From: an uncultured archaeon
GTDB lineage: Archaea; Asgardarchaeota; Thorarchaeia; Thorarchaeales; Thorarchaeaceae
Length of the DNA: 64,000 nucleotides
NCBI GenBank assembly: GCA_964473825.1
Contig: CAYYQL010000008.1
Coordinates: 35,374-99,373 of the forward strand
Reading direction: 5' to 3'
The position numbers were made by a program, and so were the translations under genes. Below, piece after piece: positions 28,920 to 38,807 of the stretch (positions within the stretch are counted from its first letter, which is position 1; each line of letters begins with the position of its first letter). A model generated the notes under the pieces. The model did not search any database, was not told where the DNA came from, and was given only the letters and a program-made list of their open reading frames with translations.

Positions 28920-29750
28920 GTGATTATCCTGCCTCAGGATCGACTCAACAATCTAGATGGGAAGGAATGGGTAAAACACACAAAATCCTGGTTCGTCGTC
29001 AATCCTCCTCCCAGGTCAAGGTCTCAGCTCGAGCATCCTGCTAAATTTCCCGGCAAACTCGTCGATCGATTCGTGGAGTTCTTTACACAGGAAGATGGTT
29101 GGGTCCTAGATCCCTTTGCAGGAGTGGGCAGTACGTTACTGAGCTCCAGGAAATTGAGGCGGAATGCTGTGGGCATAGAACTCAATGACGACTTCGCGGT
29201 ATTGGCCAGGGCTGACCTCAGTAAGACAAGAGGCTCTGGTAATCAGGCAATGATCGTCGGGGACGCGCGTGAGACTGGGCGTCTGATTCGAGGGATCTTT
29301 GGTGATTCTTGTCCTACATTTGACCTCTTGGTCACTTCTCCTCCGTACTGGAATATGTTGCACAAGTCGCGAGGTGGGAACAAGACTGCTCACAAAGAAC
29401 GTGCTGAGCTCGGCCTGAAACAGACGTATAGCATGTCGGAGTCTGACATTGGCAATCTCGTAGGTTACGAAGACTATCTTGAAGAAGCCGTATTGGTCTT
29501 TGAAGAGATCCGGCCTTTGATGAAAGATGGAGCCTATCTGGTAGTAGTGGTACAGAACATGAGAGATACAGATGGGCGATTGCGGCCTATTGCCTGGGAC
29601 ATGGCCCGACGCCTGTCTGAGTACTACGAGCTCCGGCAGGAGCAAATCTGGTGTCAAGATAACAAGCGATTGGGCTGTTGGGGCTTCCCGACAACATATG
29701 TGAGCAACGTCCATCATCACTATTGCCTGGTCCTGCAGAACAAGCCATAA
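28920..29750 (+). CDS. orphan DNA amino-methyltransferase (N4C/N6A)
   Basis: HPAKFP, VLDPFAGVGST (motif I), TSPPYW (motif IV); no endonuclease nearby. Confidence 0.88.
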   Translation: MIILPQDRLNNLDGKEWVKHTKSWFVVNPPPRSRSQLEHPAKFPGKLVDRFVEFFTQEDGWVLDPFAGVGSTLLSSRKLRRNAVGIELNDDFAVLARADLSKTRGSGNQAMIVGDARETGRLIRGIFGDSCPTFDLLVTSPPYWNMLHKSRGGNKTAHKERAELGLKQTYSMSESDIGNLVGYEDYLEEAVLVFEEIRPLMKDGAYLVVVVQNMRDTDGRLRPIAWDMARRLSEYYELRQEQIWCQDNKRLGCWGFPTTYVSNVHHHYCLVLQNKP

Positions 29751-29804
29751 CTGTCTTTACACATCCTCAAGTTCTTAAGATTGTCACCTTGTGGGGATTA
29801 CACC

Positions 29805-30680
29805 ATGAATTTCGAGACCCGAGAACTCACTCTTGACGACCACGAAGAGGTCAAGCGACTCGCCAAGACCGTGTGGGATGGTAGGGACTACACACCCAGA
29901 ACCTTTCCTGACTGGATCAACAGCAGCAATAGCTTCACTCTCGGAACCTTTCACAACAACGAGCTGGTCGCTCTTGCGAACCTAGAACTCGTACCTGACA
30001 CTGAGATTGCCTGGGTAAAAGGTCTTCGTGTCAAAGACGGTTATAGAGGGCAGGGACTTGGAACAGAGATTGTCCAGAAGATAATCGATATCGCCAGGAG
30101 ACATCGGGTCAAAACGTTATGGTATGCAACAGGCAGTCTGAATGACGCTTCCATGCACGTTGCAGTTAAGGATGGGTTTCACTTAGCAACGAGAGTAGGC
30201 TATCTTAAGATTGAGAAACCCTATCCGGACCATCCCAAACCCTCTCCTTCGATTATTCCCATTGAGGTGGGTCCTGAACGACTGTTAGAGTTATTGCACT
30301 CTTCACCTGACTTGCTGGATGTGAAATACCCCCCTCTGGCATGGAGCTTCGACAAGCCCGACTTGGACGGCCTTCGCAGACTTGCCACACAGACCGACTT
30401 CAAGGCTGTTATTGGTGAAGACGGGATTGCTCAGGCGCTATACTATGCTAAGGTTATCGACTCGGACGAAGAGCAACGTTCAGCCTATAGTGTATTTGCC
30501 ATAGATCAGGCTATCTTTGTTGATGTCATGTCCCGGATTTTGGATGAGCTCACGGCATCTGACATCGACCGTGCTGCATTCTTCTTCGGACCTCGAGCGA
30601 AGGAGTGGTCTAAGACATTGGGTTATGTGGATCGGGAACAGGATGACAGAGCGTTCCTTTTGTATGAGTTGGATCCCTAG
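29805..30680 (+). CDS. GNAT family N-acetyltransferase
   Basis: GLRVKDGYRGQGLG, NDASMHV...GF. Confidence 0.85.
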   Translation: MNFETRELTLDDHEEVKRLAKTVWDGRDYTPRTFPDWINSSNSFTLGTFHNNELVALANLELVPDTEIAWVKGLRVKDGYRGQGLGTEIVQKIIDIARRHRVKTLWYATGSLNDASMHVAVKDGFHLATRVGYLKIEKPYPDHPKPSPSIIPIEVGPERLLELLHSSPDLLDVKYPPLAWSFDKPDLDGLRRLATQTDFKAVIGEDGIAQALYYAKVIDSDEEQRSAYSVFAIDQAIFVDVMSRILDELTASDIDRAAFFFGPRAKEWSKTLGYVDREQDDRAFLLYELDP

Positions 30681-30698
30681 GAATATGACGCTTGAGTT

Positions 30699-31403
30699 CT
30701 ACAGGAGGAAGACGGCCAAGATTCCTGCAAGAAACACACCATCCCACGTCCCTGCTCCACCTATTGACGCTTGACTTGTCCTTAACTCTCCCAGTCTCCC
30801 GAGATTAAGCAGATCTGCTCCAATCAAGGTGCCCAGAGTTCCCGACACGTATGCAATCACATAGGCATCAATCACACCCGGGAAGAGCATCGTTAGTCCC
30901 ATGGCTGATAGTGCTGCAATCAGAGGAGGCAACAACGCAGGAGTGACAATCCCAACCTCAGGTTCGACTCGTGCAATTGCCTTCACGAATACTGCAACGA
31001 GGCCCACCGCAAGAAGGGAAGGCAGAATGTCTACCAGGTTGATGAGAAGGAGATAGCAGCTCACGGCTACCGGAATGATTGCACCCCCAAGATTGATGCT
31101 GACTTTGGTTTCTCCGGGGCAGTCCTCTGGTGCCACTTTGTAGTGAATTCCCCAGATGCTTACGTACTCGTATTGACAAGCCTGTGAGTCGGACTGTACC
31201 GTTGTGACAGGGATATTGACAAGACTACCGAGAAGTGACCCGGGTACTATTATCAACACCAACCAGAGTGGGATTCCCAAACGAACAAACGCAAATCCAA
31301 TGCTTTGTATTAGCAAGAGCCCCATCATAAACATGACTAGTACCGCGAAGATTGAAAAGCTCCCCTTGCTATGTTGCATTCTTACATCGTTCATGTGGAC
31401 CAA
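30699..31403 (-). CDS. DUF1614 membrane protein
   Basis: GSLVNIP, INLGGAIIP, GTLIGADLLNL, SIGGAGTWDG. Confidence 0.9.
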   Translation of the reverse strand: MVHMNDVRMQHSKGSFSIFAVLVMFMMGLLLIQSIGFAFVRLGIPLWLVLIIVPGSLLGSLVNIPVTTVQSDSQACQYEYVSIWGIHYKVAPEDCPGETKVSINLGGAIIPVAVSCYLLLINLVDILPSLLAVGLVAVFVKAIARVEPEVGIVTPALLPPLIAALSAMGLTMLFPGVIDAYVIAYVSGTLGTLIGADLLNLGRLGELRTSQASIGGAGTWDGVFLAGILAVFLL

Positions 31404-31438
31404 GGTATCCTATTGAGAACCTGTTATTGAATTTTGGT

Positions 31439-31915
31439 CTATGGTTTGCCGTTCATCTCCTCAAACTCATCAAATATGCTCCATTCAGCTGGCTGGGGAA
31501 TGGGCTCTAGATCACGAGGTTCCAACTGTAGTCCTTCTATTCTTGCAATCTCCCTTCGAAGAGTGTAAGATCTTGCTCCCTCCCATTCGAGGTACTTGTT
31601 CAAATCCTTGGAGAACAAACCTTGATACGTCTTGCACCTGCCTGCGCAGAATACCTTCTCTCCTCGGATTTCGAGTTCACCCCCACACCATCTACAGCTG
31701 GCGTCTATTCCATGCACGATGATCCTGCCATTTTCGAGCTTGGCAAACATGACGGTCCCATCAAAATTGCAGATACCCCACTCTTCGTTTTGTGTAACAA
31801 TACGCTTCCAAATATCACCTGTGACTCTCTTGGATTTTAGCTTCTCAGAAGGGATACTCAAGTTTCCCGATTCTTCATCAAAATCGGTAAGTCGTGTCTG
31901 AAGTGGGGGGCTCAT
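31439..31915 (-). CDS. hypothetical zinc-finger protein with N-terminal PIP-like motif
   Basis: QTRLTDF; CRWC...CAGRC. Confidence 0.65.
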   Translation of the reverse strand: MSPPLQTRLTDFDEESGNLSIPSEKLKSKRVTGDIWKRIVTQNEEWGICNFDGTVMFAKLENGRIIVHGIDASCRWCGGELEIRGEKVFCAGRCKTYQGLFSKDLNKYLEWEGARSYTLRREIARIEGLQLEPRDLEPIPQPAEWSIFDEFEEMNGKP

Positions 31916-32003
31916 ACATAGTAGTCTTAAGGAACATAGATAAACGGCACATTAGGCAGATAATCCAATAATGGTTTCCTCATTATAGTCATGTACAGAC
32001 AAT

Positions 32004-34748
32004 CTACCTGTTTCTCATCTTTTGTTGCACGAACTTCCTTGCTTCGTCTGCAAAGAATACCGAGCTCGAAACAAGAACCACTAACCCCCAGTCCCACAAC
32101 GAGAGTGCAGTTGTACCAAGCGTCACTTGGAAGAATGGAAGAATGGTTGCAGACACCTGCAGCAATATTGAGGCTGCAATCGCAATGTAGAGGTACTTGT
32201 TAGTGAAGAGGCCTAGGCTGAAGAACGACTTGGTTCGAGATCTGCAGTTCAAGGAGTTGAATACCTGAAACATGGCCATAGTTGTGAATCCAAGCGTTTG
32301 AGCTCTGATGATTCCTCCTGTATCATATCCAGTTGTGAAGACCCACAACGTTCCTATCATCATGAAGACACTCACATAGAGGATGTTTAACAGAATCTCC
32401 TTGTTTACTATCCTAGCGGTTGACTTCCTCGGGGGCTCGCTCATAACGTCGTCCTCCTTAGGTTCCATTGCCAGAGTTACGTCGAGTATTCCGTCAGTAA
32501 CCAGGTTGACCCAGAGTATCTGTATCGGGGTGAGAATCAAGAGAGAGCCGGGAAGAAGAACGAGCGCTGCCAGGATGATGAGGTCTTCTCCTACATTGGT
32601 GCTGAGGAGGTATTTCACCACTTTTCTGATGTTGTCGAAAACAACACGTCCCTCTTCGACGGCATTGACTATACTGACGAAGTTATCATCTGTCAACACC
32701 ATGTCCGCAGTCTCCCTTGTGACATCCGTTCCAGTAACCCCCATGGCGATTCCGATGTCGGCTGCCTTCAGAGCCGGAGCATCATTGACACCATCACCAG
32801 TCATGGCAACTATGTGGCCTTGTCGCCTGAGAGACCCCACAATCCTGTGTTTGTGGGTCGGAGATACACGTGCGAAGACCGAGGTATCATCTATGACAGA
32901 GTCCAGCTCCTCGTCACTCATATTGTCCATGTCAGAACCGGTGAGAACCTCCGAGTCCGATTCCAGGATTCCGACTTCCTTTGCAATTGCTTCTGCCGTC
33001 ATCTTGTGATCTCCCGTTGCCATCACGATCTTGATTCCGGCGTCCTTGCACAGTCGTACTGCTTCCTTTGCTTCGGACCTAGGTGGGTCAATCATACCTG
33101 CAAGACCCACAAAGATCAGGTCGGGCTGTCCGTACTGTATTCTTTCTTTGAAGCCCTCAATTGCTTTCTTTTCTATCGTCTGATGGGCCATGGCCAATAC
33201 CCTCATTGCTTGACCCGCCATACGAGTGTTAGATTCCAGAATCTGCTTCCTCTTTTGTTCCGTCAGTTCCTTTACTTCGCTATCCTCCAATACATGAGAG
33301 CACTTATTCAAGATAGCCTCAGGTCCCCCCTTGACAAAGACTCGTACTGATTGATCTGATCTATTGTGGAATGTTGCCATATAGCGGTATTTGGAAGTAA
33401 AGGGTATCTCATCCACCCGGGGAAGTCTTCCCTCCAGACTGTTCTTTTCGAATCCTGCTTTTTCTGCCGCAACCACTAACGCTCCCTCAGTCGGATCCCC
33501 ATAGACCTCCCGTCGTTCCTCTCCACTTGCAGTGTCTTGTCTTATGCGGGCATCATTGCATAGAGCTCCGATTGTGAGTAGACTCCTGAGCGATCTATCA
33601 TTCTGGGTGTCAATCGAAGTGCTGTCCACTTTGAACTGCCCTTCGGGAGAATAGCCCACCCCCGTTACCTCGACCATTCTGTTGTCCACCCAGATTCTCC
33701 GTAGAGTCATCTGATTGCTTGTCAGAGTTCCGGTCTTGTCGGCACAGATGGCTGAAGCTGAGCCTAAGGTATCAACGGCCTGAAGTCTTCTTATGATTGC
33801 ATTGCGGTTGGCCATTCTCCTAACACCGATAGCGAGAGCGATCGTCGCTACAGCAGGTAGTCCCTCCGGTATAGATGAGACCGCAGAAGCTAAAGCATAC
33901 ATAGTCATCTCGTAGAACTCAAATCCTCGGAGGATACCGAGAAGCAAAGTCAATAAGGCCACTGTTAGGGCGAGTAGACCAAGCCTCTTGCTGAGAGCAC
34001 CAATTCGCTTCTGAATCGGGGTTTCAGATTCTTTGGTTTCTCTTACCAGTTTGGCTATTCTTCCCATCTCGCTCTTCATTCCGGTGGATACGACGACACC
34101 CTTTGCCCGTCCGTGGGTGACCAATGTTCCTGAGAAGACCATGTTCGCCCTGTCTGCGACTGACATATCTCTTTCGAGGGCACCGAGTGTTTTCCTTGCT
34201 GCTGTTGATTCGCCAGTCAAAAGGGATTCGTCTACCTCTAGATTCATGGCGTCAAACAGACGAATATCTGCAGGAATCTTGTCCCCAGTATTCAAGACAA
34301 CTATGTCGCCGGGAACTATCTCTTTCGCCTTAACCCTCATTTCGGTAGAACGACCCTTTCCAGAGAGGTTTCTGATCACTTCGGCTTCTGGAGCAGCCAT
34401 CGACTTGAGTGATTGAATGGCTGCCTCCGCCTTGTACTCCTGAGAAAAGCCTATCACGGTATTGAAACCTATCACGGACATGATGACTATTGTGTCAATA
34501 GACTTGCCAGCGATGAATGAAAGCACTGCCGCAATCACAAGCACTCCAATTAGCGGATTCTTTAGCTGGCTGGTCAGCAGAGCGAGATTGCTTATTGCTT
34601 CCTCTTCTACTAGCTCGTTTGGCCCGTATTCTTCCAGTCTTCTCTCCACTTCATCATCTGTCAGACCTCTTTCGTTAGTGTTGAGCTTTCTGAATACTTC
34701 CTGAACATCGAGAGCATGCCAAACGTCTTCTTGGACCAAGTCTATCAC
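32004..34748 (-). CDS. type II (Ca2+-transporting) P-type ATPase
   Basis: LTGES, IPEGL, DKTGT, KGGPE, TGD, GDGVNDAP, QILWVNLVTD. Confidence 0.95.
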   Translation of the reverse strand: MIDLVQEDVWHALDVQEVFRKLNTNERGLTDDEVERRLEEYGPNELVEEEAISNLALLTSQLKNPLIGVLVIAAVLSFIAGKSIDTIVIMSVIGFNTVIGFSQEYKAEAAIQSLKSMAAPEAEVIRNLSGKGRSTEMRVKAKEIVPGDIVVLNTGDKIPADIRLFDAMNLEVDESLLTGESTAARKTLGALERDMSVADRANMVFSGTLVTHGRAKGVVVSTGMKSEMGRIAKLVRETKESETPIQKRIGALSKRLGLLALTVALLTLLLGILRGFEFYEMTMYALASAVSSIPEGLPAVATIALAIGVRRMANRNAIIRRLQAVDTLGSASAICADKTGTLTSNQMTLRRIWVDNRMVEVTGVGYSPEGQFKVDSTSIDTQNDRSLRSLLTIGALCNDARIRQDTASGEERREVYGDPTEGALVVAAEKAGFEKNSLEGRLPRVDEIPFTSKYRYMATFHNRSDQSVRVFVKGGPEAILNKCSHVLEDSEVKELTEQKRKQILESNTRMAGQAMRVLAMAHQTIEKKAIEGFKERIQYGQPDLIFVGLAGMIDPPRSEAKEAVRLCKDAGIKIVMATGDHKMTAEAIAKEVGILESDSEVLTGSDMDNMSDEELDSVIDDTSVFARVSPTHKHRIVGSLRRQGHIVAMTGDGVNDAPALKAADIGIAMGVTGTDVTRETADMVLTDDNFVSIVNAVEEGRVVFDNIRKVVKYLLSTNVGEDLIILAALVLLPGSLLILTPIQILWVNLVTDGILDVTLAMEPKEDDVMSEPPRKSTARIVNKEILLNILYVSVFMMIGTLWVFTTGYDTGGIIRAQTLGFTTMAMFQVFNSLNCRSRTKSFFSLGLFTNKYLYIAIAASILLQVSATILPFFQVTLGTTALSLWDWGLVVLVSSSVFFADEARKFVQQKMRNR

Positions 34749-34909
34749 GCAACTGAGTTGTAAGACCTGCAGTTATCAAAGGGTGTTATAACGCTTGTTT
34801 TGCGACATCCTGATTAGATTACGGGCATTCCGGGTTTCCTATATGATAGAGCGGTTCCAAATTCCCTTGGTCTGTCTTTCTAGCTCCAGCGTCGCACATG
34901 GGCCGTAGA

Positions 34910-35875
34910 CTATGTAGAAAGCGGATCAATAAGGTCCAACATCCATTTATCCAACCTCTTCTCCTTGGTCCATGTATCTTTGAAGGGAGTCTCAACGATT
35001 TCCCCATCGATTTCACCAAGCATTACGCCGTCTATCCCCATCTTCAGACACTCAATTGCCTGTGCCCCCAATCGCGACGCCAGCATCCTATCCATCCGTG
35101 TAGGATTCCCCCCTCGCTGAATATACCCCAACACTGAGACCCTGCATTGTTCACCTATTCGGCCTGATAGTTTCTCCGCGATTGTGGCAGCATCGCCTTC
35201 TTCATCTCCTTCAGCAACGATTATGATTGAGCTAGTCTTGCCGGCTTTCCTTCCCTCTATGATTTTGGATGCAATCTCGTCCAGATCAGTAGGGGTCTCA
35301 GGGAGAAGAATGGCGGAGGCTCCGGATGCTATTCCCACATGTATGGCTATCTCACCTGCATGTCGGCCCATGACCTCGACGAGGAAAACTCGGGAGTATG
35401 ACTCTGCAGTGTCACGAATCTTATCAATTGCGGCGAGAGCATTGTTGACAGCTGTGTCGAATCCTATGGAATAGTCTGTTCCGTAGACGTCATTGTCGAT
35501 GGTTCCTGGCAAACCAATGGCTTTTCCCTTCCAGTGTTCTTGCAAGTGATATAGCCCTCTCATCGTGCCGTCACCGCCTATAGCTATCAACCCTTCAATT
35601 CCGACTTTCTCCAAGACTTCTGTGGCCCTCTCGAGTCCCTCTTCTGTCTTGAATTCCTCAGACCTTCCAGTTGTAAGACATGTCCCACCTCTGTGTATGA
35701 TATGGGCCACAGACCGTGGAAAAAGTTCGTGGATATCTTCATTGAGGATACCCCGATATCCTCGGCGGATTCCGAAGATGTTAAAATCCTGCGCGACGCC
35801 GATTCTCACAATGGCTCGGATGGCCGCATTCATCCCAGGGCTGTCACCGCCGCTTGTCAGAACACCTACTTTCAT
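34910..35875 (-). CDS. pfkA: ATP-dependent 6-phosphofructokinase, bacterial type
   Basis: TSGGDSPGMNAAIR, IGGDGT, PGTIDND, EVMGRHAG, LGYIQRGG. Confidence 0.95.
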   Translation of the reverse strand: MKVGVLTSGGDSPGMNAAIRAIVRIGVAQDFNIFGIRRGYRGILNEDIHELFPRSVAHIIHRGGTCLTTGRSEEFKTEEGLERATEVLEKVGIEGLIAIGGDGTMRGLYHLQEHWKGKAIGLPGTIDNDVYGTDYSIGFDTAVNNALAAIDKIRDTAESYSRVFLVEVMGRHAGEIAIHVGIASGASAILLPETPTDLDEIASKIIEGRKAGKTSSIIIVAEGDEEGDAATIAEKLSGRIGEQCRVSVLGYIQRGGNPTRMDRMLASRLGAQAIECLKMGIDGVMLGEIDGEIVETPFKDTWTKEKRLDKWMLDLIDPLST

Positions 35876-35933
35876 GGGTCTTGGTATAAGTCTTGTTTCA
35901 TAAAGGATTTTGGATGCAGAACGCTTAGGTATT

Positions 35934-36923
35934 CTAAACTAAGCTTTTCATCCTGAGATAGAAGAGGAGGGGTATTGTGATGATGAGACTCAACATGATG
36001 ATGACCAAGAATGCGAGAGGGTCCCTTTCTAGTGGAAGATTCACGTTCATACCATACAGACTGGCAATTAGGGTCGGTACACTCACAATCAGTGAGATTG
36101 AGGTAAGCGTCTTGATTACTAGATTCAAGTTATGGCTGACAATCGAATCATATGCACTCATTGCGTTCTTAATCAGGTCTCGATAGATGACACTCAAATC
36201 CATTTGCTGCTGCAAATCAACCTCTAACTCGTCAAGTCGGTCAGTATCGAGAGTCATCCTACCTATACTTGTGATTCGTTTCAGCCTTCTCAGAACCTTC
36301 ATGTTTGCTTTCAAAGCAGCCTCCATGAAGACCGAGTCCCGTGAGAGCTGAAAGAAACGGTCTAACTGTGTCGGATATATCTCCGTTACAAGACTGTCCT
36401 CCATCTCGTTAATGGTATCCTCAATTATGTCCAGCATGTGTTCGAATGAGTTGATGACAATTGCCCATAGTGTATAGATCACTTCACTAGCTGCTGTTGC
36501 GAGTCCTAGCCTCTTGACAAGCCGCTTCTTCTTGACGGGAATCTGTTGGTTCTTCAGAATGATGATGGCTCGTCCATTTGTGATAATTCCGATCGGATAA
36601 GTAGAGTATTCTCTCTCTGCTATCTGTAAGTTGACTGGAACTCTCAGGATCAGCATAGTGAACTTGTCTTCGATTTGAAGTCGCGGCCTCTCATCAAGGT
36701 CCTGAAGGTCTTGGAGGTCTTCCAGGTCAATCTGGAATCGCGTGGAGAGCTTGGCCAATGTCGGCTGTTCGAGACCAGTGATGTCGACGAATAGCGGCTC
36801 TTCTGGAAGGTTCTCAAGATTAGAGAATTCAACACCGCTCTCAAGAGCTAAGATTACTATACTCTTCGTTTGAATATCTACCCCTGACACATGACTCACC
36901 TTGTCGCTGATCAATTCATCCAA
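35934..36923 (-). CDS. corA: CorA family Mg2+ transporter
   Basis: ERPR; C-terminal PTLIASLYGMNV plus second TM helix. Confidence 0.9.
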   Translation of the reverse strand: MDELISDKVSHVSGVDIQTKSIVILALESGVEFSNLENLPEEPLFVDITGLEQPTLAKLSTRFQIDLEDLQDLQDLDERPRLQIEDKFTMLILRVPVNLQIAEREYSTYPIGIITNGRAIIILKNQQIPVKKKRLVKRLGLATAASEVIYTLWAIVINSFEHMLDIIEDTINEMEDSLVTEIYPTQLDRFFQLSRDSVFMEAALKANMKVLRRLKRITSIGRMTLDTDRLDELEVDLQQQMDLSVIYRDLIKNAMSAYDSIVSHNLNLVIKTLTSISLIVSVPTLIASLYGMNVNLPLERDPLAFLVIIMLSLIITIPLLFYLRMKSLV

Positions 36924-37138
36924 TGGTTCGACTGGTCCTCCAGGCTTCTTGCGAACAGACCCAGACTACTACCAGAAATCAATAAACGGAAACAAATCCA
37001 TCTCCCTTGAGATTCTTATAGGGTTTGCCGCTTCTCTTAGACTATCGGGTTCAATGCCCCCCTCGATACTTTGATAATAGGGTTAGATACAGCTCCCCTT
37101 GAAGACCGTCTGTTATTCACCAGAGGAGTTTGTGCCCC

Positions 37139-38248
37139 ATGCAAGAAATCTCAGTTTTAGCGAATCTTGGCCTCTTCGTCTTGGGACTAGTTGTTCTTGT
37201 CTATGGTTCTGAGCATCTCATACAAGCGGCTACTCGATTGGCAAGGTCGTTCGGGGTGTCAGATCTATTGATAGGTCTCACAATTGTTGCTATCGGGACA
37301 TCTCTACCTGAAATTGTTTCAAGTATTGCCGCACTATCTGTTGGTAAAGCCGATCTTGCCTTTGCCAACGTTGCCGGCAGCTCTTTGACGAATCTGACCA
37401 TAGTTGTGGGGATAAGCGCAATGGCTGCACCTCTCGCCACTAATCACATTGTTCTTGACCGCGACACCAAGATCATGATTCTAGCGTTCGTGCTTCTCAC
37501 TGTGGTGATCTTCAATCCTCTGGCGCCCGGTACAATCACTTGGTGGGAAGGTGCAGTTTTGCTCGTCCTGATGGTTTCTTATCTCTCATTCCTACACTGG
37601 GGACGTGAGGAGTGCGATACTTGCTACCAGTTCAGCATATTTGTTGACTTCTTTATTCGGCTGAGGTTCATCACGTCTCTTAGGAAGGGTGCTACTCGTC
37701 CATCGACTTCTCGGTCAGCCCAGCAGACTTCTGCTGACGACAGTGAGGATCTATCAACAGCTCAGTTTCGCCGTTTTGGGCGAGAACAGATATCTGACGT
37801 GTTGGTGATTGTGGTAGCGGCTGTTGGAGTCACGTTAGGCGCACAATGGGTGGTATCAGGTGCTGAATTCATCAGCCTCACTTTTGGAATCGAAGAGAGT
37901 CTCGTCGGGTTCACCCTCATAGCGCTCGGTACGTCTCTACCGGAGCTGACAGTATCGATTAACAGTGCTAGGCATGGTTTTGGTCGCCTCCTGATTGGCA
38001 ATGTAGTTGGAAGCAATATTATGAACATCACTCTAGGATTGGGATTAGCAAACATGTTCTTTCCTACAGCAAGTGTGAATCTGTTCTTGGCCGCTGTGTT
38101 GCTATCTCTGATGCTCGGTGTGGCGGCTGTCTTCTACTATGTCATCCGACAAGACTGGCGTGTGACTCGTCGAGAAGGTGTTCTGCTTACCATCTTGTAT
38201 TTCGTAGTTCTGGTGGTATTGATCTGGACTTCGGAATCGATGCTCTAG
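37139..38248 (+). CDS. calcium/sodium antiporter (YrbG family)
   Basis: Two GTSLPE alpha-repeats; GNVVGSNI. Confidence 0.92.
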   Translation: MQEISVLANLGLFVLGLVVLVYGSEHLIQAATRLARSFGVSDLLIGLTIVAIGTSLPEIVSSIAALSVGKADLAFANVAGSSLTNLTIVVGISAMAAPLATNHIVLDRDTKIMILAFVLLTVVIFNPLAPGTITWWEGAVLLVLMVSYLSFLHWGREECDTCYQFSIFVDFFIRLRFITSLRKGATRPSTSRSAQQTSADDSEDLSTAQFRRFGREQISDVLVIVVAAVGVTLGAQWVVSGAEFISLTFGIEESLVGFTLIALGTSLPELTVSINSARHGFGRLLIGNVVGSNIMNITLGLGLANMFFPTASVNLFLAAVLLSLMLGVAAVFYYVIRQDWRVTRREGVLLTILYFVVLVVLIWTSESML

Positions 38249-38757
38249 CAGATATCCTCTGAAGTGTCAAATCCCTGAATAACACCTATGACCTGATCGA
38301 GATTGGGAAGCGTATCGAGCTTCTCAGATTCCCAGCGATACATAATGCGCTGTTTTTTGTTAATCACAAAGACGGCAGGACGGGCAACATGCCTGAATCC
38401 GTCAATCTCCTCTTCAAAGACCCCGTACTTTTTGGCGACTTCTCTGTCAAAGTCACTACAGAGACGGAACGGTATCTCCTCTTGTTCAGCGAAGGTCTGA
38501 AGTGCTTGCACTGGTTCAGTGCTTATTCCTATCACCGTTGCTCCGAGAGTCTTCAGTGCCACATATGAATCGACAAAAGCACGTATCTCCATCGTATCAT
38601 ATGTTGCGAAGCTTTGAGAGAAGAAGACGAGAACCACACAGCTACCAGATAACTCAATAAGATGCACCTCTTCCTCGTCAACGGCAGGTAGAATGAAGTC
38701 AGGAGCAACCTGCCCCTCTTGAGGTGGGCCAGTGGTATGATCGGAGTCATCGGTCAT
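38245..38757 (-). CDS. peroxiredoxin-like (BCP/AhpC) protein lacking the peroxidatic Cys
   Basis: GQVAPDF, VIGISTE, SDFDREVAKKYGV, RPAVFVI; active site reads SQSFATYD. Confidence 0.8.
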   Translation of the reverse strand: MTDDSDHTTGPPQEGQVAPDFILPAVDEEEVHLIELSGSCVVLVFFSQSFATYDTMEIRAFVDSYVALKTLGATVIGISTEPVQALQTFAEQEEIPFRLCSDFDREVAKKYGVFEEEIDGFRHVARPAVFVINKKQRIMYRWESEKLDTLPNLDQVIGVIQGFDTSEDIC

Positions 38758-38807
38758 AGTCCGCACATCCTTGAGTTGCTATTTCTGTGTATCTGATGAG
38801 CCTTAGA

